Source of the DNA: Monocercomonoides exilis PA203
Taxonomy: Eukaryota; Protista; Preaxostyla
Reading direction: 5' to 3'
Assembly: GCA_001643675.2 (NCBI GenBank)
Contig: LSRY02000005.1
Span: 1,302,001 to 1,366,000, forward strand
Length of the DNA: 64,000 bases
Both the position numbers and the translations under genes were made by a program. This document shows, in pieces, positions 38,552 to 51,433 of this stretch. How positions within the stretch are numbered: the stretch's first letter is position 1; every line of letters starts with the position of its first letter. Under the pieces are notes generated by a model. That model was not told where the DNA came from. It worked only from the letters and a program-made list of their open reading frames with translations, and did no database searches.

Positions 38552-40333
38552 ATGTCAAGATTAACTTCGCAGAATGTTCTAGATTTTAAGGATGAATTTA
38601 AGAAGCAAATAGAAGAGCAGACAACAAAGTTCTTTCATTCGTCATCTGAAAGCAAAATTGATGAATCTTCATTGAAGTTCACGCAAGATGTTCACATCTA
38701 TGCAAGGGTTCGTCCAATGCTACCAACAGAAGCAGGAGCAGGAAATTATACAGTCATCAGGAACCAAGAACAGAAAATTGTTGTATTCGAGCCTGGATTT
38801 TCTTTGACTGTTTGCAAAAAGTCTTAAAAATTCATGATGAGCAATTTTATTCATTTTTTTGAATTTTATTTTATTTGTAGGTGAAGCCAAAAGTGAAGCC
38901 CTCCTCATTTAAACTTGATTACACATTTGGAGAATCAGTTACAAATCATGATCTTTACAGTTATTTAGCTGCTCCTTTAGTAACGTTAGCAGTTGGTGGT
39001 GGTGTAGGATCACTTATCGCAAGTGGGCAGGTTTATTGTGCAGTGTTTATTATTTTTTTCAAACAATTGAAATTTTTAACATTTTCAGACTGGCTCTGGA
39101 AAGACTTATACAATAACAGGATTGCTAAATGATTTAGTAAATGATTTGATCAGCAAATTAAGTGATACGCAATCTATTCTTCTCACTGTTATTGAGATTT
39201 TAGGAGATGATGTTGAAGATTTGCTTCATCCAGGAAATAAAGTTGAAATTCGAGAAGATCGATTTGGTGAAATTGTCTATCAAGGTGCAGAAGAACAAGA
39301 ACACAGGGAATTTGAGGATCTGCTAAATGCTATCCAAGTTGCATTTTTGCATCGTCGTACAGCAGGAACACTGCGAAATGCGACTTCTTCTCGATCTCAT
39401 GCAATTGTTCGTCTTACAGTTCGCGAAAACTCTGTTGAGAAGAAAGCGCTTGGCATAAAAGAAGGGCGATTGTTTCTTGTTGATTTGGCTGGCTCTGAAA
39501 GGCAAGCTGATCGAGAGAAGCACGATCGAGCTCGACTGGAGGAATCGAAGCTTATTAATCAGTCATTAATGACTTTGAAAGATTGCATTCGAGCACGCTC
39601 CTCCAGTGGAATGACCAAATCAGGACATCATCTTCATATTCCTTATCGTAACTCGAAATTAACTTTATCTCTTCGCGGAAACTTTGAGCTGGCCACAACG
39701 CGACCTCACAAGCTATCACTGGTGGTGTGTGTTTCGCCACTTGCCACAGATGCTTCGCATTCAATTGATACATTGCGATATGGACAAGGGCTGATGGCTG
39801 CTCCTCCGTCAATTGTTGTAGGCGAAGACACAAACAATCCTGTGAACTGGTCGAGGTCAAAATGCTTTGAGTACATCTTTAAAAAGACGAAAGGAAGATG
39901 TGATCCAATGAACATCATCCCTGAAGCTTCCCAGTCGGGAAAAGACTTGGTGGAGATTCCAGAAGCTGTGTTCATTGAAAAGGCAATGCTTCCGTTTGTC
40001 GACAGAACAACAGTTTCATCCTCTGATCTTGCAGCCGACCTTGTATATGTCCCAATCAGAGAAGAGGCTTCGTCTTCGTCAACGCCTTCGCCTTCATCCA
40101 AGCAGACTTCTTCAGTCAATGCAATTCATTCCGAGCCATCTTCGTTTTTATCCTCTCGACCGCTTTCAGTTGTTGAAGCAAAGAGACTTTATACAGACAT
40201 TTGGACCCTGGTTGTGGATTCAAAAACAAAAATGCGGAAAAAGATGACTCAACTTAAGGATAAGTCAAGATCATTTAGAAATGCAACTGATCGATGGGCA
40301 GTGGAATATTTAGCTGCAACAAATAAAAAGTAA
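38552..40333 (+). CDS. Kinesin motor protein, divergent kinesin-13-like (3 exons)
   Basis: IYARVRP; P-loop GQ|TGSGKT split by intron 39031-39088; NATSSRSHA, LVDLAGSER, INQSLMTLKDCIRA and IPYRNSKLT. The first intron is 38810-38880. Confidence 0.92.
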
Positions 40334-40733
40334 TAGGAATAAATGTTAAAAGAGCAAACCAGTTAAATATTTATGGAATCATTTTTTGTCGTTGATTTAT
40401 TAAAAATCAATTAATATTTTTTTAATCTTTTTTAAAAAAATTGCATTTTTTGTTCTATTCTTAGCATCAAAATCTAAATACCATTTTCTTTCAAAAATTG
40501 AGAAACAATTAGTTGTTTGAAGTTATTTGAAGTTTTTTTTAAAGATTTTTTCATTGTTATTTCTTTTGCCATTAAAAATTATATATGGATGATCCTTTTT
40601 GAAATCTTACTTTTGTTCGAGTTTTGATCAAATTTTTTTCCTCAATGGGAAAATGAAGAATAATTTGCTTTTGAATGAACAATTGAAGAGAAATAATTCA
40701 TTTGTGTATATAACTTTTTTAAGATTTCCATTA

Positions 40734-40772
<39 letters not shown>

Positions 40773-41061
40773 CAAGAATAAAAATTCATATTAAAATGTT
40801 TTGCTTTATAAATTTTGTTGCGCACAATGCCAACAAAGATGTATCTCATCCTTTTCATATTTTAATTAAAATATTGAGAGAGATTGTCAGGATTGAAAGG
40901 ATTTGATTAAAGAAAAAAGTTTGGAAGAAATTATTGATTTTTTCAAAAATTCAAAAATTCACAATTTTTGTCACAGAGTGGGTTTTTTTTCCAAAAACAA
41001 TTTATTAATTTATTATGATCTTCTTTGATTTGATATCCGCTTCTGACCGTTCATAATTTTA

Positions 41062-42527
41062 ATGTTCAAGAAATACAATGATTTCAAAAACATCACGAGA
41101 ACAAAAACTTCGCGACGAAAACTTACGTTTGAAGCGAAAAACGCCAATTCATTATTGGAAAAAATTATTGCTGCTCTTGATGCTTATCCACAGAAGGTTT
41201 GTTTGATATCAGAAGCGTTAAACATTACGACCCAAAAAATTTGTAGCTCTTACATATGTTATTGCTCCTGACAAACTTGGAACGTAAAGGGCACTCTCCA
41301 AAGACATTTTTTGCTGAATTGAAAGGGAAAAGAAAAGGTGCTGAATATTGTTCATGAAAAAATATCAACAACATGATGGAATAACAACACAAGAGTTAAG
41401 TGAAATCATTTATTCGGAAATGCAAATGCAAAATCTGAAATTATAAAGGATGGCTCTTCATTTTGGATTCAGTTCAGTTATCAAACATTTGAATACCTTC
41501 TTGATCCACATTTTCCAGAAAATGTGTCTGGATTCATTTCAAAGCACAAGCTGAAAGTGCTCTCTCTTTTTTGTATCACCCCAGTCGAATTGAACTCAAC
41601 ATTCACACTGAACATCAGAGTCTGGTTCAATTTTATGTTCAACATAGATATCAAACCATCAGTCAACAAACTAAAAATAATCAACACAGACGAATGGAAC
41701 ATTGATTTTTGTTCTGCTCAAAAATAAAATTTGCCAACCGAAGCAAAACGAGCACCTGCTTCCACAGAAGATTACTAAAATAATCATATATTAATAATGA
41801 CTACCATTGGACCATCTTGCATAGCGCCTCCATAATTTATCATCATTTCAACCTTGAAAACGGTTTCTCCTGAACTTTTGGAGTCCAAAAAAGCAGGCTC
41901 ATGTGAAATCCACGTCAATGCATCAGGATGGATGGACAGAAATGCTTTCTACCGCTATTCTGTTCATTTCTGCTCATGGATAACAATTTTTTGGTCGCTT
42001 GGAGTTATTCCACACAATTCTTTTGTTTTTTTAATTCTTGATGATCACCCTTTTCTTCTTTGATCTTCAGCGTTGTTTTTATTTGTACAATATATTATTT
42101 TCGAATTCATTCTGCCAAAAAAATATGACTCAAATAATACATCTTTTTGATGTTGGAATAGCTTGTCCTCTTTGAAACGCATTCAGAAAGCTGATGAAGA
42201 GAATGAAAACAAAGTGGGTGGAGGAGTTCAATGAGGGCAAAAAAATTAAAACCACTGACAGAAGAAAAATTAGATTTGAGTGTGCAATTGATATGGAAAA
42301 AACTGCAGCATCATAACTGAACAAGGAAAATGCTTTCAGCATTACAGGATTGTTTCCAATCAATCCAGAAATCTTTGCTTCAAAACCGAATGTTTCTGAT
42401 GATACAGAAGACCCTAAGTATCCAGAAGGGATTCGGACAGGAGAATTTGAGGTTCCTTATAAATGGTTAACAAGTCCAAGTTTTCTTTTTTCACATCAAA
42501 AAAGAGTTATTTTAAAAAGAATATAAC
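41062..42527 (+). pseudogene. Decayed pogo/Tc1-mariner-superfamily (DDE_1, CENP-B-like) transposase relic
   Basis: Colinear motifs occur across broken frames: IINTDEWNI (~41677), NASGWMD (~41917), FLILDDH (~42028), HLFDVGIACPL (~42140) and AFSITGLFPINP (~42332). There are many stops and frameshifts, and no TIRs were recognised. Confidence 0.8.
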
Positions 42528-42921
42528 AAATATAATTCATAGCTGAAATGATCTAATTAGATCATGACGAATTACTGAATCGTTTTAAATAAAAAACACA
42601 TCTCTATGCTTTTTCTAAAAGAAAAATTTACACTTTTTTTTTCAATAAAAATTTAATAGCAATTCTGCAAATAATCATAATAAATAAGTCTGTTAATTTG
42701 TTTTTTGTAATAAATCTTTGTGGACCTCTTAAAAAATACATTGGAAGTCTCAAAAAAACAGAATCCATATAAAATTCAAGCCAATGAAAAAATTATAACC
42801 CGACATTAACAGTCAATTTCATCATAAAACAACAAAAAATAAGACAAATGATGTAATGATATGAAACAAAATGATAAATAATGAAATCTTTGAAGAAACT
42901 TTTTTTGCTAATTAATTGCAT

Positions 42922-45900
42922 CTATTTGGATTGGAAGCCAAAAGAATTTTGTGAAGAAGATACTGTAAAAGAACTAGAATTCAAGGGAGTCGAAGAAGGA
43001 AGCGAAGAAGGAAGAGAAGAAGAAGGAGAAGAAGATATTTCATCCTCTGCCAAAGAAGGCAAATCGGCACGTTGGAAGGGCCGATCACCAGAAAATGGCT
43101 GCGAAAGACTTGCAATGCTTTGCGAGAGAAGAGAAGGAGATTGCACTAAATATGAAGAGGCAGATGTAGAAGAAGATGCAATTGGTGAAGAATTAAACAA
43201 AGATGCTGAGTTGATCGAAGGTGATGCAAGCATAAATGAAGAAGTTGGTGAAAATAACGAAGTTGAAGACGAGTTTGACGAATGCAAAGCAGAAGATGAT
43301 GAAGACAAAGTTGGTAAGGTTTGATCTGATGATGACGAAGAGGAAGATTCTGAAGAGGAAGAAGAATTTGAAGAAGCAGAAGAATCAGATGAAGTCCCCG
43401 CAGACGAAGAAGGTGGAGAGTTATCCACATTCACACACAGATCCTGCAGCGGAGAAAACAGACGAATATCACCTGATCCTAACCCAGTCATTTGCGATAG
43501 CGTTCCCATTGAATGCGGGGCAAGCCCGTTCTGCGTGTGCAGGAAGAGAGAAGGTGTGGAGGACGGAGACTGCGACGACGCGAGGCCGAGCGAGAGAGAG
43601 AAAGGCGAATCGAGAGAAGGAAAGACTGGAAGAGGAGACAGTGCAGAGGGGGGCAAAGAGGAGTCATTGACATTTGAGGAGAAAGCAGACAGCGACAAAT
43701 CGCCAAGGAGGGTTGAGGGAGACGATGTGATTGGATAAACCTCAGGAGAATAAACAGAGAAAGGTGAAGAAGACAAACGAAAAGAGGAAGAATAAGGAAA
43801 TGATAAAGAAGGAAGTTTGGATAAATCGGTTGCTAAAATTGGTGATTGCATTGAGGAGGAGGAGGAGGAGGAAGAAGAAGAAGAAGAAGCAGAAGAAGAA
43901 GATGATGATGATGATGAATTTTCCTTTGTTGCAGCATTCTTATAAGTAGAAGAATCCGAAGCTCCAAAAGAAAGATCACTTTCTTGAATATTCACAGAAG
44001 GAAATGGCGGAGATGAATCTGCCAGCAAACCACTTCCACTTCCACTCAACAAAGAAGACGACGATAAAGCAGCCAAAGAACTTCCACCAAAGCCATCTTC
44101 TGCCACACCGCGAGGCGAAGAAGACAAACACGAATTTGAGTTATTTGAGCTGCCGTCAACTTTGCGAAGCAGTTTCGCTATTTCTTGCTGAATCAGCTGC
44201 TTCTGCTCAATGCGCTGTTTGTCTTTCTCCATCTCTTCGGCAGAAAACCCTTCTTTCCTATTCAGAATGCCTGAAAGCGCATACGAAGCAGGAAATCCAC
44301 CCAGCTGTGGTGCAGATGACTGAAAAGTTCCTTGATTCGCTTGAGTAATGCCATTGATCTGAGATGAGTCTTCATAATTGCTTAGAATGGGCTGGGAAGC
44401 ATGTTCGAGATGTATTTGTGGCTGGCTAGATGATAGAGATTGCAGCTGTGAATCAACAGAAGAAGAAGAGGAGGAGGAAGAGGAAGAAATTAATGGCTCA
44501 TATTGCTGTCCAACTCCACCAAAGTGCTGGATGTTGAACAAACTGTCTGAAGAAGCACGCAAAGCACCGTTTTTCCTTTGGATGGAAGAAGTCGCAAAGG
44601 ATGTGAAGGGGATGGGATATTGCTGCTGTGATTGGTTCATTGGTTGTTCGTATTGCTGCTGCGGAATCTGTTGACTCTTTCGCGTTTCGATTTGCATTGG
44701 CATTTGCATTTGCATTTGATTTTGACTTTGTGCCTGCATTTGTGTTTGCGTTTGCGTTTGCGTTTGTTCTGGTTTCTGCTTCTGCTGTTGGAACTGTTGC
44801 ATTCGCATTTGCATCTGTTGTTGTTGTTGCTGCTGCATCTGCTGTTGCTGCTGCATGCGTCTGCTGTTCTGATAGTTGAGTGTCAGTTGTGATATTTGCG
44901 GGTTATCAAACTGTTCGACCTGACCAGATTGAACAGTCTTAAGAAAGCCATTCTTTGTTTCTGGTTGTTTCACAAAGGAGAAATTTTCACAACTCATTCT
45001 TTTGTCCACAGAAGCATCACTTTGACTTGCTTCATCCAAAATGCTCTGCATTGAAGATGCTTGTATCAACTGATCATAATTTATGTGTCTCATCATCCCA
45101 TTCACAGACATGGTTCTCTCTTTCTCACTTGCATCTTCTCCTATTCTATCATTGGCAAGGGCATTTTTCTCTTTTTGGCCAATGTTCATCTGTTGGCTAT
45201 ACTTCAGTGTTGGTTGCATTGCACTTTCCATACGATTCTGCAAATGCTGAGAACTTTGTGTTTCATCTTTGATATCATTTGTCAATGTTCCATTCTCTTC
45301 TTTCTTTCCACTTTGCATCTGCTGATTATCTGCCAACTCAAACGCATTCGCCTCTTTTCCTCCCTTTTGCATCGCATCCTGTCTTCCTTCACTCTTCTTT
45401 CTCTTTTCTTCTCTCTCTCCTCTTTCTCTTCCTCTTTTTCTTTCTCCTCCTTCCTGCTTCGTAACAAATGTCCCTCCCCAAATTGCCATCGGAGTCTGCG
45501 GATCCATTGCCATTCCTCCAATCACCTGCGTCTGCCCCAACACCCTCCCATTCCCTTCTCCACTTCCACTTCTCCATTCTCCTTCTCTTCCTCTTCCCCT
45601 TCCCCTTCCACCATCACCACCACCACTACCACTACTACCTCCTCCTTCTCCACTTCCACTTCCATTTCCACTTCCACCACCACCTCCTCTCTTCCCTTCT
45701 CTCCCAATCCCATGCAGAGCATTGAAGTTGAACACAGGCACATCGGGAGACAGAGCATTGCCCTGTTGTGGCGTGGATGTGGCGCTGTGGTACAAAAAGC
45801 GGCTTTTGTTGAACGGCGGCGTCTGTGGAGAGAAAGTTGGAGTGATTGCAGAGTTGAAAGCAGAAGAAGGAGAAGAACGAGAGGGATATTGTTGTTGTTG

Positions 45901-47671
45901 TTGCTGTTGCTGCTGTTGGGTGGGAGATGAAAAGATGGGTGATTGATGCACAGAGCCTACTGCAGAGTTTAGTGAAGCAGTAGAAGCAGAAGAAGCATTC
46001 ACATTCGTATGAGCAGCTCCTCCTGGCACAGAAGCAGAAGCAGCTGAAGCAACACGCACAACAGCAGGCGATTTGATTGACGGCTGCATTGGCGGTGGGA
46101 GGGTGGAAAGGAGAGGGGCAGTTTTCTTATACGGCGCAGATGTGGAAGGAGAGTTTGGGTCAAAGGGAAAAGAGCGCCTGCCGGAATCTCTGATGGACGG
46201 GGTGGTTTGCGAAGGGGAGGACAAAGCAGAAGAGACAGAGGAAGAGGGAGAGGAAGGGGTGGATGACGTGGATGAGGAAAAAGAGGAGGAGGAGGAAGAA
46301 GAAGAAGAAGAAGAAGGTGAAAGAAGAGAGATATTTGCTATTGCAGTTGTGGAAGATGAAGGAGATATTGATTGAGGCCTGTGATTAGAGTGGAATGAGG
46401 CCTGAGGCTGAAGTTGTATTTGCATCTGATGCTGTTGATGGCTCTGTTGCGAAGAGCGAAGAGAAAACGAATTTGAAGAAGAAGAAGAAGAGGAGGAGGA
46501 GGAGGAGGAGGAGGAGGATGAAGGAGAAGAAGAGGGAGAACATGGCTGAGACATTGGATAAGAAGAAGAAGAAGATGATAATGATGATGATGGAGTTGCA
46601 AAAGATGCAAAAGAAGCAGCAGATGAAGGAGAAGTTGGAGAATTAATTGCATGAATGTCAGAAGGACGATGAATGTTCTGAAGAGACAAAGATTGCTGAT
46701 AAGGAAAAATCTGCTGAGGCGAAAGAGGTTGGAAGCCTTCGTATTGATAAGCAGCTGGCGAGAATATGAGATTGATAGGGGACATCAGATGAGAAGAGGA
46801 GGAGGAAGGAGGAAGTGAAGTGGAAGAAGATGAAGAAGAGGAGGAAGAAGAAAAGGAAGAGGAAGAAGATGTCGATGAAGGAGGAGATAAAGCAGAAAGC
46901 AAAGGAGCGGTTGAAACTGGGGTGGAAGAAGAAGAAGAAGAAGAAGAGGAAAAAGAAGAGGAAGAAGGAGACAGATGAGCAGATGGCTGTTGTGGAAGCT
47001 GAGAATGAGAATGAGAATGTGAACGTGAATGTGACCGAGAATGAGAATGTGAGTGAATATTTTGATAGATTGATTGATTAGAAGAAGAAGAAGAAGATGG
47101 AATGGAAGAGGAAGAGGAAGAGGAAGAGGAAGAAGATGATGATGGACGAACAGAAGAAGCATAGTTTGATGCCAAGCCTCCATTGTGAAGTGTTGGAGGG
47201 GGCGAATCTGATTTCAAAACAGAACAAGAAGAGGAAGAAGAAGGAAGAGGTGGAGAGTTTGAAGCAGAAACAGAAGGAGAAGAAGGAGAAGAAGAATATG
47301 ATGCCGATGATGATGGTGAAGAAATTGAAGATGAAGAAGGAGAAGTGACATGAGAAGAAGAAGACGAGGAGGAAGAAGAATAAAGCGAAGCATTTGTAAT
47401 AAGAGGAGGTTGAGAAGAAGAAGAAGAAGAAGAAGAGGAAGAGGAGGAAGAGGAAGAAGAAGAAGAAGAAATAGAAGATACATACATATCATTCATTGCA
47501 TTTAAGTCAGCATTGTACAAAGTGAGCTGTTTGTGATAGTGAGAAGATTGAGGCTGGCTTTGAATGGTAGAAGGAGAATGAAAATAAGAAGAGAAATCAG
47601 AAGAGGAGGGAGGGGAATGAGAAGAAGAAGAAGAAGAAGAAGAAGAAGAAGAAGAAGAAGAAGAAGAAGAA

Positions 47672-47705
<34 letters not shown>

Positions 47706-48967
47706 TGGAAGAAGAAGAAGAAGAAGATGTTATAGAAGATTGACTTTGTAGCTGAGCGAATGAAGAAACAGCAGAGTCAGTCATTTGTGAATCAGAAAGA
47801 GAGAAAGGAGAAAACAACAAGGGAGCTTTTGAAGCAGAATGAGAAGAAGAATGATTGGAAGAGGTTTCTTCTGAATGATTGGTGGGTGAAGATGAAGGAG
47901 ATGAGGAGGAGGAAGAAGAAGAAGAGGAGGAAGAAGGAGAAGAAGATGATGATGATGAAGAATTTTTATTTGAAGTAGAAATTGAAGAAGAAGAAGAAGA
48001 AGAAGAAGAAGAAGGCAAACCAGAAATTCTTCTTCTGTTTGGTGTGAAAGGGGCAGCATAAGGCGAAAGAAGAGCAGGATGAGAAGAAGAAGAAGAAGAA
48101 GAAGAAGAAGAAGAAGAAGAAGAAGAAGAAGGAGGAGGAGGAGGAGGAGAAATAGGAACATTTACAGGAAGATTCAAAATTTCAGAAGGATCTGAAAATT
48201 GTGGGGTGGTATGAAGAGAAGAAGAAGAAATAGAAGAAGAAGAAGAATTTGAAGAAAGAGAAGGTGTTGAAGAAGAATTTGAAGGAGTTGAAGAAGAAGA
48301 AGATGAAGAGGAAGATGAAGAAGAAGAGGAGGGGGAAGAGGAAGAAGAAGTATTATGAACACGATGTTGTTTGGGAATAAAAGGAATAGAATAAGCCGAA
48401 AATTCAGCTGGAACAGAAGAAGAAGAAGAATTTAAAGAAGAAGTAGTAGTAGAAGAAGAAGATGATGATGACAGCACATTCAATGAAGGCAAAGCAAATG
48501 CAGAAGCAGGAAGAATGATGGGTTGTGTGTGAGAAGGAGGGAGGGGGACGATTGTGGTGGGCGGAGGAGAAAGAAGAGGAGCTGTTTCTGCCATCATTGG
48601 CTCATACAACTGGAGTTTTTTGGATGAAGACTTGTGAGAGGAAGAGGAAGAGGAGGAGGAAGAAGGAGAGGAGGAAGAAGAAGAAGATAATGATAATGAT
48701 GAAATGGAAGAAGAAGAAGAAGAAGATGACGATGAAATGCTTGATGTGATTGAGGAAGTTTGTTCGTTATTATTATTATTATTATTGGCAGAAGAATAAG
48801 ATGAAGAAGATGAAGAAGATGAAGAAGATGATGATGAAACAGAAGAATTTGAATCGAATGTCTTGCGATGGCTTGGGCGTGGGTGCAGAAGAGGAGGAGA
48901 AGGCTCATGTTCAGATGATGTGTCTTTCATATCGATTGAAGAAGAAGAAGAAGAAGAAGAAGAAGAA

Positions 48968-48999
<32 letters not shown>

Positions 49000-50796
49000 G
49001 GGAGAAGAAGAAAAAGACGAGTTCACACCCGAATGAGGAAGAGGAAGAGGAAGGGGAAGGGGAAGATGAAGAGAAGGAGCAGAAGCAGAAGCAGAAGCAG
49101 AAGCAGAAGAAGAAGAAGAAGGTGCAGGAGAAGGCGAAGCAAACAAAGGACCCGCATTCACATGAAGTTGGTCGTTTCTCTCGTTTCTGCTGATGCCGAG
49201 CAGATGAGGCGACAGAAACAAGACTTTCTGCTTTTCTGAGGCAAACAGATGAGTCTTAAACTCTTTCTCCCTCACTCCTCGCTCTTTATCTTTGTCTTTC
49301 TCTTTCTCTTTCTCTCCATCTTTCTCTTTTTCGCTATCTTTTTCTAAGTCCTTTTCTCTTTCTTCCTCATTTTGATCACTTTTGGAGCTTTCTCTACTTT
49401 TTTCAACTTCACTCAATCGTTTTCCTTCTTTTTTCGCTTCTTTTGCATCTTTCTCAAATCCATTTTTAGCTCCTTTTGCATTTCCCTTTTTGGCTCCTCT
49501 GCTAATTTCTTCATCATCCTTCTGTTTATTTCTCATTCCACCTCCTTCCTTTTCCTTCTCTTCCTCCTCCCTCTCCTTCTCCTTCTCCTTCTCCCACCCA
49601 ATCAACGGGTTCTCCAGGTAGTTCTTCCTCGCACCCCCTGGCCGTGACAGCTCCACTTTTATCTTCCTCCCTTTGCTCACTTCCTTCTTGTTCATCTCTG
49701 CCACCGCCCTTTCTGCCCCTCTCAAGTCAAAATACTCTATAAACTTGTGCCGGCGTGCCCTGGGCGTCTCCCGAATTTCTCGAATCTCCCCAAACGGCTG
49801 GAACATCTGCCGGATCTCGTCGTGCGTCATCGACGGGTCGAGGTTGAAGATGACTATCGTGCCTTGCGTGGCGTTGTCATCTAGAGGGGTCTATGGAAAT
49901 AAAAAAAATTAAAATAAAAAAGAAAGAAAAAAAGAAGAAAAAATAAGTTTATAATGAAATGGGATTGAAATAATTGGAAGAATAAATTGGTTTAATTTTC
50001 AGATTATTATAACATAAAACAAAGAAACAAATCAATTTTCGCTTTTGTAACTAAATTTTGCAAACCCTTGAAATTGAATAATGAATTGCCAATTGCTTGC
50101 CATTGACCATATAACCTTGAAGCCTTGAGCATGCCTTTTCGGCATGCCTAAGATCATAGTATGTAATCATTACATATCCTTTTTTCAAATCTTCTGCATA
50201 AAATGAACGGATTTCTCCTTGGCGAGCAAACAGTTGTCGAAGTGCCTCTGGGTCTGCACTCCTGCTAACATTACGAACAAACAAGGTTCGAGTTGGAGTG
50301 TCACCAACAGTGCGGCTCATGTTTAAAGCACCAAGAAGACTTGGATTCCACTGAGCAGAATGAGAGCCTGAATTTGAGGAAGATTGAGGTGTATGAGATG
50401 AAATTAAAGGAGCAAATGAATGGACTGAGTGAATGGGTCCATGGCTCGATGGACCTGCAGCGCTCGAGAAATGTTGTGATACTGGGTTACTCTGTTTAAT
50501 GTTTGCTTGAAAAATGAGGGTAGACATAACAGTCTTTTGTGTTGCTTCTCTTTCTGCAGTTATTCCTTCTTTCATTTCAAGAAGGTAACGGCTAGTATCA
50601 TGGGGTAAATCTGGTATTGACATGAACCTAAAACGATTGTTTAAGAAGAAAGAAATTCAAAATTAACCGAAAAATATGCAAACCTGTTAATCTCATCCAA
50701 TGCAGAATCGTACAATTTAAGTGCCTCAAAATACAATTGCTTGGAAGTTTGACTTCTTGCAAGGGCAATTATCTGCTTTAAACTCTCGAGGGACAT
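42922..50796 (-). CDS. Mei2-like RNA-binding protein (RRM1+RRM2) with N-terminal helical domain and ~2,200-aa low-complexity tail (3 exons)
   Basis: Exons 50796-50684, 50627-50066 and 49890-42922. PTRTLFVRNV...GYVMITYYDLRHA...IHYSI and QGTIVIFNLDPS...GEIREIRETP...HKFIEYFDLRGAERA...IKVELSRPGG follow the Mei2/AML RRM1-RRM2 consensus. Confidence 0.87.
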
Positions 50797-51433
50797 GATC
50801 TAATACCCCAACTTCACAAATCCAATGACTAATGGGGCATGCAATCCATAATAAAATATTCGTTTTCAATCAAAAAAAGAATGGAACATACAGAAAATGA
50901 GTGGAATAAAAAAAATCTCGCACTCATATTCTGCATATTTTGATTCAAAAGTGCTTTGTTGTGTATTCTGCAACACTTCTGAATGAAAAATTCTTTAATA
51001 ATTTTCATTCCTTCAATTCTAAAAAAAGATATATTCAAAGATTTCCAAATTGCATTTTCAAACTTCAAAGCATGCTCAATGCAAGGCAACAGAATAAAAT
51101 TGACAAAACAATTCTGAAAAGAAATGATCCAAAAAGTCAAGATATAAAAATTAAAGTTCAAGGATTGCCAGCCTTTTAAACTTCAATCGTAACATAAAGA
51201 GAATGAGAATATATCTCATCTACATAATGAACTCAGCAATATAACAACAATAAATAATCAGGTGGATTAAAAAAAAAAAATTATTTTTTTCTCCGCAAAA
51301 TAGACAAAACATTACAGATTAAAAAAAAAAATCACATATTATTTTTTCTTTTAATAGAAAATAATAAAATAATAATAATATTAATAAAACAAAGATGAAA
51401 AAGGTTATATTTTTTTTTCCCATTCACATAATC

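Noticed and set aside
40884-42806. Candidate TIRs for the pogo-like relic (TGTCAGGATTGAA vs reverse complement of TTATAACCCGACA)
   Set aside because: The match is too short and mismatched, and there is no convincing TA TSD.
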